A DNA stretch of 64,000 nucleotides from Longimicrobiales bacterium. Its GTDB lineage: Bacteria > Gemmatimonadota > Gemmatimonadetes > Longimicrobiales > Gaopeijiaceae. Every line of letters starts with the position of its first letter. The stretch's first letter is position 1. The notes below the pieces were generated by a model, which ran no database searches, was not told the DNA's origin, and saw nothing but the letters and a program-made list of their open reading frames with translations. The stretch spans positions 1,248,001-1,312,000 of the forward strand of contig OZ242008.1 of the NCBI GenBank assembly GCA_965204735.1, in the 5' to 3' direction. Below, in pieces: positions 16,539-25,285 of this stretch. The position numbers and the translations under genes are program-made.

Positions 16539-17354
16539 TCATGCGGGTCTCCCGGTCAGGTAGGACTCGGTGCGCTCGTCCCGAGGGTTGGTGAAGAGGG
16601 TCTCGGTGAGGCCGTACTCGACCAGCTCGCCCCCGTCCAGGTACGCGGTCAGGTCGGAGAGGCGGGCGGCCTGCTGCAGGTCGTGGGTGGCGATGACCAC
16701 GGTGTAGGCGCCCTTGAGGGCGTGGACCAGGGCCTCGATCCGGGCCGTGGCCGCCGGGTCCAGCGCCGACGTGGGCTCGTCCATGAGAAGCACGCTGGGC
16801 TTGACCGCAAGCGTCCGGGCAATGCAGAGCCGCTGCTGCTGACCCGCCGAGAGCCCCAGCGCCGGGGCGTCCAGGTCGCCGGCGACCTCCGGCCACAGGC
16901 CCGCCGCCGAGAGGACTTCCTCGACCAAGGCGTGCAGGTCTCCGTCGAAGCCGCCGGCCCGGGGTCCGAAGGCCACGTTGTCGAAGACGGAAGCGGGGAA
17001 GGGGGTCGGCTGCTGAAGCACCATGCCGATCCTCCGGCGCACCGCCACGGGGTCCACGTGGGCGGCGTAGAGGTCGAGTCCCTCGAAGCGGACTGCGCCC
17101 GTGGTGCGCGCGCCCTGCACCAGTTCGTTCATGCGGTTGAAGCAACGGAGAAGAGTGGTCTTGCCGCAACCGGACGGGCCAATGACGGACACGATCCGGC
17201 CCGGAGGGACCTCCAGGGTGACGTTCGACAGCGCGGTCCGCCCGTCGAAGCTCACCGAGAGGCCGTCGGCGGAGAGGACGGGACCGGAAGCGGCGCCGGG
17301 GTCGCCGGGCGGCCGGACGGGGGCCTTGTCGGGGCCGGAAGCCTGGAGGGTCAC
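16539..17354 (-). CDS. pstB: Phosphate ABC transporter ATP-binding protein PstB
   Basis: GPSGCGKTTLLRCFNRMN, LSAGQQQRLCIAR, LLMDEPTSALDP, FTNPRDERTESYLTGR; GTGA coupling to pstA. Confidence 0.95.
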   Translation of the reverse strand: MTLQASGPDKAPVRPPGDPGAASGPVLSADGLSVSFDGRTALSNVTLEVPPGRIVSVIGPSGCGKTTLLRCFNRMNELVQGARTTGAVRFEGLDLYAAHVDPVAVRRRIGMVLQQPTPFPASVFDNVAFGPRAGGFDGDLHALVEEVLSAAGLWPEVAGDLDAPALGLSAGQQQRLCIARTLAVKPSVLLMDEPTSALDPAATARIEALVHALKGAYTVVIATHDLQQAARLSDLTAYLDGGELVEYGLTETLFTNPRDERTESYLTGRPA

Positions 17355-18193
17355 GGGCGCGCCGTCGGCATCCGCCGGCGCAGGGCCAGGACGGTCAGGT
17401 TGGCCGCCAGGAGGAGCAGCAGAAGGGCGATCGCGGCGCCGGCGGCCAGCGCGCCGAACTCGGGCTGGGAGCGGGCCGTCCAGTCGAAGATGCGGGTCGG
17501 CAGGGAGACGAGCGGATCGCCGGGCGCCGTGGGCGCGAAGGTGACGAAGGACGCGGCGCCGATCACCAGCAGCGGCGCCGCCTCGCCCACCGTGCGGGTG
17601 AAGGCGAGGCAGGCGCCGGCCGCCACCCCGGGCGCCGCCGCCGGGAGGACTTGGTGGCGCACGACCTGCCAGCGGGTCGCGCCCAGCCCGTACGCCGCGT
17701 GCCGAAGGCTCTCCGGAACGGATCGGATCGCGCCTTGCGAGGTGGCGACCACGGCCGGGAGGGCCAGCGTGGCCAGGGTGAGCCCGCCGGCCAAGATGCT
17801 CCGTCCCGCCCCCATCGCGTGAACGAAGACGGCGAGCCCCGCGACCCCGTACACCACCGACGGCACCGCCGCCATGCTTGCGGCCAGCGACCCGCCAAGG
17901 GCCGACCATCGGTTTCTGGGCGCGTACTCCTCCAGGTAGACGGCGGCGCCGACTCCCACGGGAAGCGCGAAGAGGACCGTGAGGAGGGCCAGCCAGAGCG
18001 TGCCCGCCAGCGCGGGGCCGATCCCGGCGCGGCTCGGGTCTCGAGAGGGCGGGGACGCGAAGAAGGCCGGGTCCAGCGCCTCCCAGCCGCGCGCCGCCAG
18101 GACGCCCGCCAGCAGCGCCAGGCCGGCGGCGGCGGTCCAGGCGCCCGCGCCGCACGCCGTCCCGGCCTTGCCGTGGCGACGGAAGAACTTCAC
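17351..18193 (-). CDS. pstA: Phosphate ABC transporter permease PstA
   Basis: AGIGPALAGT, GAAVYLEEY, VPSVVYG, AAYGLGATRWQ, RTVGEAAPL. Confidence 0.93.
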   Translation of the reverse strand: MKFFRRHGKAGTACGAGAWTAAAGLALLAGVLAARGWEALDPAFFASPPSRDPSRAGIGPALAGTLWLALLTVLFALPVGVGAAVYLEEYAPRNRWSALGGSLAASMAAVPSVVYGVAGLAVFVHAMGAGRSILAGGLTLATLALPAVVATSQGAIRSVPESLRHAAYGLGATRWQVVRHQVLPAAAPGVAAGACLAFTRTVGEAAPLLVIGAASFVTFAPTAPGDPLVSLPTRIFDWTARSQPEFGALAAGAAIALLLLLLAANLTVLALRRRMPTARP

Positions 18194-19242
18194 GGGTGCA
18201 GGGCCCCCAAGCGGGCGGCGGCTCCCGGGCCTGCGCCGAAGCCTCGACGGCGGCCGAAGCCTCGACGGCCGCGGGGGGACGGACCGGGCCGTCGGGAGAG
18301 GAGCGCCCTGCCCGCCGCATGGGTTCCGAAGGCGAGAAGGAAGAGGACCGCCGCGGCGGCGAAGACGGCCCGGTAGGCCAGCGTGCCCGGCGCGGCGTCG
18401 CCCATGTTCATCTGGGCGATGAAGGTGGTGAGGGTCCGGAGCCCTTCCAGGGGACTCCACGCCAGACGGGCCTGGTTGCCCGCGGCCATCGTCACGATCA
18501 TCGTCTCGCCGGCGCCCCGGGCCAGGGCGAGAACGACGGCCGCCGCGATCCCCCGGCCCGCGGCCGGCGCGACGACGCGGGCCAGGACCCGGCCCCGGCT
18601 CGCGCCCAGCGCCAGTCCCGCCTCGAGCAGCGAGCGGGGAACCGAGTCCAGCGCCTGCCGCGACACCACCGCCACCGTAGGCAGGATCATGAGCCCGACC
18701 ACCAGGCACGCGGCCAAGCCGTTGAAGGGCTCGACGGTGGGCCAGACGCGCCGGAGCGCGGGCGTGACGAACTCAAGGGCGAGGTAGCCCAGCACCACGG
18801 TGGGCACGCCGGACAGCAGAGTCACCGACGCGGACAGGAAGCGCTCCGTCCGAGCGCCGGCGTAGTAGGCAAGGTAGGCGGCGGTGGCCAGACCGGCGGG
18901 CGCGGCGAAGAGCGCGGCCCCGGCGGCGACCTGCGCCGTGGCGGCCAGCAGGGGGAGCACGCCGAAGCGAGGCTCCTCTGCGAACGGCGCCCACGAGCCT
19001 TCGGTCAGGAACCGCGCCAGAGGGACCTCGGCAAAGAACGACGCCGTCTGCCGGGCCAGCGCCCAGACGACCGTGGCGAAGGCCGCGGCCGCCACCAGGG
19101 CGCATGCGGCGAACGCCCACCGGGCCAGCCGCTCGCCGAGCGCGCGGGACGCCGTGGCCGCCCCCGAGAAGCCGTCGAGGTTGGCCCCGGGGCCGGACTT
19201 CGTCGGAGAGCCGGTCGGCGTCGAGGCGCCCGCGAGCCTCAC
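18190..19242 (-). CDS. pstC: Phosphate ABC transporter permease PstC
   Basis: FLTEGSWAP..FGVLPLL, GVPTVVLG, ARGAGETMIVTMAAG, TLTTFI; GTGA-coupled on both sides. Confidence 0.92.
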   Translation of the reverse strand: MRLAGASTPTGSPTKSGPGANLDGFSGAATASRALGERLARWAFAACALVAAAAFATVVWALARQTASFFAEVPLARFLTEGSWAPFAEEPRFGVLPLLAATAQVAAGAALFAAPAGLATAAYLAYYAGARTERFLSASVTLLSGVPTVVLGYLALEFVTPALRRVWPTVEPFNGLAACLVVGLMILPTVAVVSRQALDSVPRSLLEAGLALGASRGRVLARVVAPAAGRGIAAAVVLALARGAGETMIVTMAAGNQARLAWSPLEGLRTLTTFIAQMNMGDAAPGTLAYRAVFAAAAVLFLLAFGTHAAGRALLSRRPGPSPRGRRGFGRRRGFGAGPGAAARLGALHP

Positions 19243-21923
19243 CAAGCCGTCCGCTCCAGCAGAGCTTCGCTCCGGGCGTGCTCGCCGGCGGGGAGGGGGA
19301 CGTACCCGGCCTCTGCGGCGAGCGCCTGGCCCGCCGCGACGAAGAACGAAGCGAACTCGCGGACCGCCGGCCGCGCCAGGGCGGCTTGGCGGACGTAGAT
19401 GTAGAGGTCGCGCACCAGCGGACTGTAGCGACCGTCGGCAAGGGACTCGCGGGACGGGAGCACGCAGCCGAAGCCCGCGTCCACCGCCACGGCCTTGAGC
19501 GCCCCTCGGTTGGCCTGGTAGTGGGCGTAGCCGAAGTATCCCAGCGCCCACCGGTGCCCGGCCACGCCCCGAGCCACCAAGTGGTCGCTTTCGGTCTGAT
19601 GGTAGTCGGCGCGGCTGGCGCCCGTCCGGCCCGCCACCACCCTGGTGAAGAAGTCGAAGGTGCCCGAGTCGGGACCCGGACCGTAGAGGCGCACTTTCTC
19701 GGCGGGCAGGCCGGGACGCAGGTCGCGCCAAGTGGCCACGCGGCTCGACGGCGCCCAGACGCGCTCCAGCTCGTCCAGCGTCAGGCACTCCACGCCGTGG
19801 TTGCCCGGGTTGACCACCACCGTCAAGCCGTCCCGGGCGACGGGAAGCGCCAGGTAGCGGGCGTCGGTCCTCCGGCAGCGAGCTTCCTCCTCCTCCGTCA
19901 TGAGGCGCGAGGCGCCCGCCACGTCCACTTCGCCCTCGCAGAGCCGCCTGAAGCCGCCTCCCGAGCCCGAGAGGCTCACCGCCACGCGATGCTCGGGGCT
20001 GCGGCGCGCAAACTCCTCCGCCACCGCTTCCGCCAGCGGACCGAGAGTGCTCGACCCTCCGACGGCCACCGCTCGCCCAGGGTCGCCGCTCCCGCCGGGC
20101 GCGCACGCCAGGAGCAGAGCGACGGCCAGACCGGCGCCCGCGGCGACCCCGCGAGCCGCCGGGCGACCGGCTTCCTCGCCGCCCGCCGTTCCCTCCAGCG
20201 GCAAGGTGAAGCCGATCGTCGTGCCCGCGCCCAGCGCGCTCTGCGCAGAGACTTCGCCCCCCATGCTGGAGACCAGGTGTCGGACGATGGCCAGTCCCAG
20301 TCCCGTGCCGCCGCCCGGTCGGGAGCGGGCCGCGTCGATCCGATAGAAGCGCTCGAAGATGCGCGGCAGCGCGGACGCGGGGATGCCGGCCCCGTTGTCG
20401 CGCACGGCGATCCGCAGCCGTTCGTCCTCCTCGTCGATCTCCACGCGGACCCGGCCGCCCTTGTCGGGGACGTGCTTCATGGCGTTCTCGAAGAGGTTGC
20501 GAAGCACCTGATACACCGCCTGTTCGTCCCCCGACGCCACCCCGTCTCCCGAGACGCTGAACTTCACCCCGCGGGCCGCGGCTTCGTCCTCCATCTCCTC
20601 CCAGACGGACCACGCGACTTCGCCGACGAGCACCGGCGCGTGCTGGGGGCGCCAAGCGCCCGACTCGTACCGGGAAAGGTCCAGCAAGTCGTCCACCATG
20701 CGCTGCAGCCGCACGGTGTTGCGCCCGATGGACCGAAGGAACTGGCTGCGAAGCTCCGGGGGCACGTCTTCCTCCAAGACCGTCTCGGCCGCGACGCGAA
20801 TGACGGTCAGCGGCGTCTTCAGCTCGTGGGAAGCGTTGGCCACGAAGTCGGAGCGCACCTCCTCCAGTCGGCGAAGCTCCGTCACGTCCACCAGGACGGC
20901 CACGGACTCCCCCTCCGACCCCCGAGTGGTGCGCACGTCCAGCTTCCGCCCGCCCAGATCGATCTCCAGGCGGCCCTCGCGCCGGTCCACCGACTTCTCG
21001 AGCAAGTCGCGGAGGACCGGGTCCCGCACGACCGAGCCCACGGGGGCCAGCCTGGGCACGTCCGCTACGCCGAGCAGCTTCTTCGCCGCCGGGTTGATGC
21101 GCAGGATGCGGGCGTCGGCGGTGAGCGCCACCAGCCCCTCCGCCACCCGGTCCACCAGCCCCGCCAGCTCGTCCCGCTCCCGAGCGGCCCGCGCGGACTG
21201 CACGTCCAGCTGGGTTCGCGCCCGGTTCGCCGCCGAAGCCGTGCGGGCAAGCTCGGCCACGGGCGAGAGCGGCGCCCTGGGACCGGCAGGCCGCCCGGCG
21301 CCGACGCCCGAGAGCAGGCCGCCCACGGCGTTCAGCGACCGGACGACGCCTCCGAGGAACCAGTGCAGCGCCGCGATCGAGACGACGGCGGCGGCCAGCA
21401 CGGCCAGGGCCGCGTTGCGCGCCGCCCGCGCCGCAGCCTCCTCGACGGGCTCGGCCGGGGCGCCGAAGCGGACCACGACGGTCTCGCCGCGCCAGTACGC
21501 CCGGGCCGCGGCGAAGACGTAGGGACGCCCGTCCACCTCCCCCGCGCGCCGGGAGAACGTCACCGCCCGGGCGTCTCGAAGCGCCTCTTCCACTTCGGGG
21601 CGCTGCGTCCCGCCCGCGGCCTCCAGCGCTTCCGCGCCGTCGGCGAGCTGCGGATCCGCCACCAGCTTCATGTCGCCGTCGAAGACGCTGGTCCGGTACC
21701 GGGTCGTGGCGGCCAAGGCGCTGGCCACGCTGTCCAGGGCGAGGTCCTGGGACGCCCGCAGCCGTTCGGCCCCCAGCCGCACCGCGCGGCCCAGGTGCTC
21801 CCGGACCTCCTCCGTCAGGGCCCGCTCGGTGGTGGCGCGGGTCGCCGCCCAGGCCGCCGCCGCCGCGAGCACGGCCGCCCCGGCCGCTCCCGCCAGGGCG
21901 GCAGGCCGCAGCGCAACCCTCAC
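19239..21923 (-). CDS. phoR: PhoR-like sensor histidine kinase fused in frame to a C-terminal PstS phosphate-binding domain
   Basis: TM, periplasmic domain, TM, PAS, DFVANASHELKTPL, NLFENAMK, FERFYRID..GGTGLGLAIV; then AVALLLAC and PstS motifs GSSTLGP, GSGGGFRRLC, YGPGPDSGTFDFF, GYFGYAHY, YSPLVRDLYIYV. Confidence 0.9.
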   Translation of the reverse strand: MRVALRPAALAGAAGAAVLAAAAAWAATRATTERALTEEVREHLGRAVRLGAERLRASQDLALDSVASALAATTRYRTSVFDGDMKLVADPQLADGAEALEAAGGTQRPEVEEALRDARAVTFSRRAGEVDGRPYVFAAARAYWRGETVVVRFGAPAEPVEEAAARAARNAALAVLAAAVVSIAALHWFLGGVVRSLNAVGGLLSGVGAGRPAGPRAPLSPVAELARTASAANRARTQLDVQSARAARERDELAGLVDRVAEGLVALTADARILRINPAAKKLLGVADVPRLAPVGSVVRDPVLRDLLEKSVDRREGRLEIDLGGRKLDVRTTRGSEGESVAVLVDVTELRRLEEVRSDFVANASHELKTPLTVIRVAAETVLEEDVPPELRSQFLRSIGRNTVRLQRMVDDLLDLSRYESGAWRPQHAPVLVGEVAWSVWEEMEDEAAARGVKFSVSGDGVASGDEQAVYQVLRNLFENAMKHVPDKGGRVRVEIDEEDERLRIAVRDNGAGIPASALPRIFERFYRIDAARSRPGGGTGLGLAIVRHLVSSMGGEVSAQSALGAGTTIGFTLPLEGTAGGEEAGRPAARGVAAGAGLAVALLLACAPGGSGDPGRAVAVGGSSTLGPLAEAVAEEFARRSPEHRVAVSLSGSGGGFRRLCEGEVDVAGASRLMTEEEEARCRRTDARYLALPVARDGLTVVVNPGNHGVECLTLDELERVWAPSSRVATWRDLRPGLPAEKVRLYGPGPDSGTFDFFTRVVAGRTGASRADYHQTESDHLVARGVAGHRWALGYFGYAHYQANRGALKAVAVDAGFGCVLPSRESLADGRYSPLVRDLYIYVRQAALARPAVREFASFFVAAGQALAAEAGYVPLPAGEHARSEALLERTAW

Positions 21924-21956
21924 GCGCGCCTTCCCCGCTCGGCGGCCACGGCCCGG

Positions 21957-22706
21957 CTACCGTCCTCGGAACCGATACCCGAACCCTCGGACCGTCTCGA
22001 TCCAGCCGCCCGCCTCGCCCAGCTTGGCGCGCAGGCGGCGAACGTGCATGTCCACGGTTCGGGTTCCGCGCCTGCCGCCCAGCCGGTGCTTCGCGTCCTG
22101 GTCCCAGGCTTCGCCCAGGAGCTCTCGGCGGCTCTGGGTCCGCCCCCGGCGCTCCATCAGCGTCTTCAGCAGCCGGAACTCGGTCGGCGTGAGCTGGACG
22201 CGCTTTCCATCCACCGTGACGGCGTTCGACCCCAGGTCGACCCTGAGAGGACCCCTGGAGAGGACGCGGGCGCCGGCCGCGGGCGCCACCCCCTCGCCCT
22301 GGGCCCGTCGCAGGATCGCCTCGATCCGGAGCATCAGCTCTCGGGAGCTGAAGGGCTTGGAAAGGTAGTCGTCCGCTCCCAGCTCCAGTCCCTCGATCCG
22401 GTCGTCGCGGTCGTCCTTGGCGGTGAGCATCAGCACGGGCAAGCCCTTGGTCGCGGGCTCTTCCCGGATCGCCCGGAGCACGTCGTCGCCCGACGCGCCG
22501 GGAAGCATCCGGTCGAGCACCACGAAGTCGGGGATCTCGCGGCGGAGCGAGAAGAGCCCCTCGACGCCGTCGGCCGCCGTCTCCACCCGATACCCGGCCT
22601 TGGCGAGCTGGTAGGCGACGAGACCGGCGATCTCCGCGTCGTCCTCGACCACCAGCACTCGGGACCGGGGCTTGGGCACGCGGGCGCGGGCGATGCCGCC
22701 GCTCAC
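21957..22706 (-). CDS. phoB: PhoB-like OmpR-family response regulator
   Basis: VLVVEDD, LDRMLPG, LTAK, GADDY.SKPF, LTPTEFRLL, TRTVDMHVRRLR, ETVRGFGY; heads the pho/pst operon. Confidence 0.92.
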   Translation of the reverse strand: MSGGIARARVPKPRSRVLVVEDDAEIAGLVAYQLAKAGYRVETAADGVEGLFSLRREIPDFVVLDRMLPGASGDDVLRAIREEPATKGLPVLMLTAKDDRDDRIEGLELGADDYLSKPFSSRELMLRIEAILRRAQGEGVAPAAGARVLSRGPLRVDLGSNAVTVDGKRVQLTPTEFRLLKTLMERRGRTQSRRELLGEAWDQDAKHRLGGRRGTRTVDMHVRRLRAKLGEAGGWIETVRGFGYRFRGR

Positions 22707-23989
22707 TTGGCCGGCTTCCCGCTCGCGGCCCCGCTCGCCTTCGCCACGGCCAGCACTTCCGCCTCCGACAGTGTGTGGTCCGCCGACTTGGCCTTCTGCA
22801 GGACGCGGGCGGCCAGATCCGGGTGGCTCGGGTCGTACCCCCGCTTCGCGAGCCAGTACTTGACGTTGGAAAGCCCCGACATCGGGCCGATCTCGATCTG
22901 CTGACGACGGCCCACCATCGAGGCGGGCACGCTGGAGTACACCCGGTCCGCGAGCCAGCGGGCCCCCTTCGCTTCGGCCTTGACGATGGCGGCCGCGTGG
23001 ACGCCGGTGGCGGTGCGGAAGGCGTCGGCGCCCAGGACGGGGTAGTTGGGCGGAAGAGGCACGCCGCACTCCTGCGCGACAAGCTCGCAGTACTCGGCCA
23101 GGCGGGTCAGGTCGGCGTCGTGAACGCCGGCCATGGCCAAGTTCACCAGCAGCAGGTCCATCTCGACGTTGCCCACCCGCTCGCCGATTCCCATCGCCGT
23201 GCCATGGATCCGGTCGGCGCCGGCGTCGATCGCGGCCAGGGCGCCGGCCAAGCCCAGTCCCCGGTCTCGGTGGCCGTGCCAGTCGAGCTTCACGTTGGCG
23301 CCCGAGGGATCGACGATCTCGCGGCGGACGAAGCGGATCAGCGCTCGAACGCCCGACGGCGTGGCGTGGCCCACGGTGTCCGAGAGGCAGATCCGCCGGG
23401 CGCCCCACTCGATGGCGTGTCCGTAGAGCGCCTTCAGCGTCTCGGGGTCGGCCCGGGTGGTGTCCTCGGTGACGAACATGACCGGCAGCCCCTCCTTCAC
23501 GCAGAACTCCACCGACTCCTCGGCCGTCCGCAGCATCGTGTCCAGCGACCAGTCCTCGGCGTAGAGGCGGATCGGGGAGCTGCCGATGAACACGCACACC
23601 TCCAGGCGAACGCCCGTCTTCTGGGAGATGCGGGCGGCGGGCTCCACGTCGGCCAAGACGGTGCGTGCGGCGCAGTTGGGCGCCACCGCCAGTCGCGAGT
23701 CGCGGATCTCCTCGCAGAGGCGCGTCACGTCGTTCACGGCCCGGGGGCCCGCGCCGGGAAGCCCCACGTCGGCCGCGTGTATGCCGAGCTCGGCCATGAT
23801 GTGGAGCAGGCGGACCTTGGCCTCGATGGGAGGGTCGGTCACCGAGGGCGACTGGAGGCCGTCGCGCAGCGTCTCGTCGTCCAGCTCCACGTGGCGGCCC
23901 CACGACAGCGTGTCGAACTCGGCGACGTTCCAGTCGTGGATCAGCCCTTGGTGCTCGAGCCCCTCGGGCTCCGCTTCGCCGTGCTTCAT
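22703..23989 (-). CDS. LeuA-family (2-isopropylmalate/homocitrate synthase-like) enzyme without regulatory domain
   Basis: DETLRDGLQ, DTVGHATP, WHGHRDRG, GIGERVGN. Confidence 0.88.
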   Translation of the reverse strand: MKHGEAEPEGLEHQGLIHDWNVAEFDTLSWGRHVELDDETLRDGLQSPSVTDPPIEAKVRLLHIMAELGIHAADVGLPGAGPRAVNDVTRLCEEIRDSRLAVAPNCAARTVLADVEPAARISQKTGVRLEVCVFIGSSPIRLYAEDWSLDTMLRTAEESVEFCVKEGLPVMFVTEDTTRADPETLKALYGHAIEWGARRICLSDTVGHATPSGVRALIRFVRREIVDPSGANVKLDWHGHRDRGLGLAGALAAIDAGADRIHGTAMGIGERVGNVEMDLLLVNLAMAGVHDADLTRLAEYCELVAQECGVPLPPNYPVLGADAFRTATGVHAAAIVKAEAKGARWLADRVYSSVPASMVGRRQQIEIGPMSGLSNVKYWLAKRGYDPSHPDLAARVLQKAKSADHTLSEAEVLAVAKASGAASGKPAK

Positions 23990-24034
23990 CTCGCCTCCGT
24001 CGGTGGCTGGTCCCGTCCCTACAGATTGGTCCTT

Positions 24035-25039
24035 CTACCGGGTCGTGGAAAGCACCTCCGAGTGGGGGGCCGCGTGAAGGGTCCCGCGAAAGCCCCGCAC
24101 CCGTGCCCCTTCGCCCACCACCGAGTCGCGCAGGCGGCTCCCTTCCACGACCGCCTCGGCGCCGACGATCGAGTCGTCCAGGTCGGAGCCCGCGACCCGG
24201 GCGCCCGCCTCCACCGTGACGTTGGCCCCGATCCGCGAACCGGTCACCACCGCGCCCGCCTCGATCCTCGCCACGGGCGACACCTCCGAGTCCGCCACCG
24301 ACGCGCCCTCCTGCGCGCCCCCTCGGCAACGGCGCAGCAGGTGGCCGTTGGTGGCCAGCAGCGTCTCGGGCTTGCCCGCGTCGTGCCATCCGTCCACGGG
24401 GGCCGTGGCCAGCTTCGCGCCCTGGTCCACCATGTACTGGAACGCGTCGGTCAGGTAGCGCTCGCCGGAGGGACCGGAAGGCGAGGCCGCGACGTGGTCG
24501 ATTCCCTCGAAGAGCAGGGCGTGGTCGCGGACGTAGTACAGCCCGACGTTGGCCAGCCGGGAGACGGGCTCCCGGGGCTTCTCCACGATCCGCGCCAGGT
24601 CCCCCGCCTCGTCGGCGACGACGACGCCGTAGCGCCGCCAGTCCTCCACCTCCGCGACCCAGATCGCCCCCGCCTTCTCCGCCGGCAGCGTCCGGATCGC
24701 TCCCCACTCCACTTCGAAGACGGCGTCCGCCAGGACGATCAGCAGCTCCTCGTCGGCCCAGGAGCGGGCAAGGGCCACGGCGCCGGCGGTCCCGTCCTGC
24801 ACTTCCTGGACCAGGTAGCGGGGACGCAGGTCCGGGTGGCGGCGGGCCACGTGGGACCGGATCGCGTTCTGAAGGTGGCCCACGATCAGCGCCACTTCGG
24901 CGACGCCGATCTTCCGCAGGTCGTCCAGCAGGTAGTCGAGCACGGGCTTGCCCGCGACCCGGAGAAGGGGCTTGGGCACGACGTGGGTGTGGGGCCGGAG
25001 GCGGGTGCCCTTCCCGGCCAAGGGGATGACGGCTTTCAT
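24035..25039 (-). CDS. Sugar-phosphate nucleotidyltransferase with C-terminal hexapeptide repeats
   Basis: MKAVIPLAGKGTRLRPHT..PKPLL, VEKP, WHDAGKPETLL. Confidence 0.92.
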   Translation of the reverse strand: MKAVIPLAGKGTRLRPHTHVVPKPLLRVAGKPVLDYLLDDLRKIGVAEVALIVGHLQNAIRSHVARRHPDLRPRYLVQEVQDGTAGAVALARSWADEELLIVLADAVFEVEWGAIRTLPAEKAGAIWVAEVEDWRRYGVVVADEAGDLARIVEKPREPVSRLANVGLYYVRDHALLFEGIDHVAASPSGPSGERYLTDAFQYMVDQGAKLATAPVDGWHDAGKPETLLATNGHLLRRCRGGAQEGASVADSEVSPVARIEAGAVVTGSRIGANVTVEAGARVAGSDLDDSIVGAEAVVEGSRLRDSVVGEGARVRGFRGTLHAAPHSEVLSTTR

Positions 25040-25285
25040 CGGCGGGCGAACCTTCGAGCGTGGCGGGAGAGGGCGACGACGGCCAGCGGCGCGGCGACGC
25101 CTGCGACGGGACGGAGCGTGAGCGCTCGACCCAAAGGCCAGCGGTCGACCCGAAGGCCGCGGGCGGTTGACCCAAGGCCACGGGCGTGGACAGCTTAAGT
25201 TGGGGAAGCAGTCCGGGCGGCCCCGTTGAAGATCGGCCGCTTGCCGAAAAGGTCCAGGACCTGGAAGGAGGAGCCGGCACGTCGG

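Noticed and set aside
18190..25280. Giant ORFs 18190-23082, 21957-25280 and 19104-22904
   Set aside because: GC-rich open-frame artefacts. Only the 3' parts of the first two are real (pstC, phoB), each with a GTGA-coupled start. The third is antisense.
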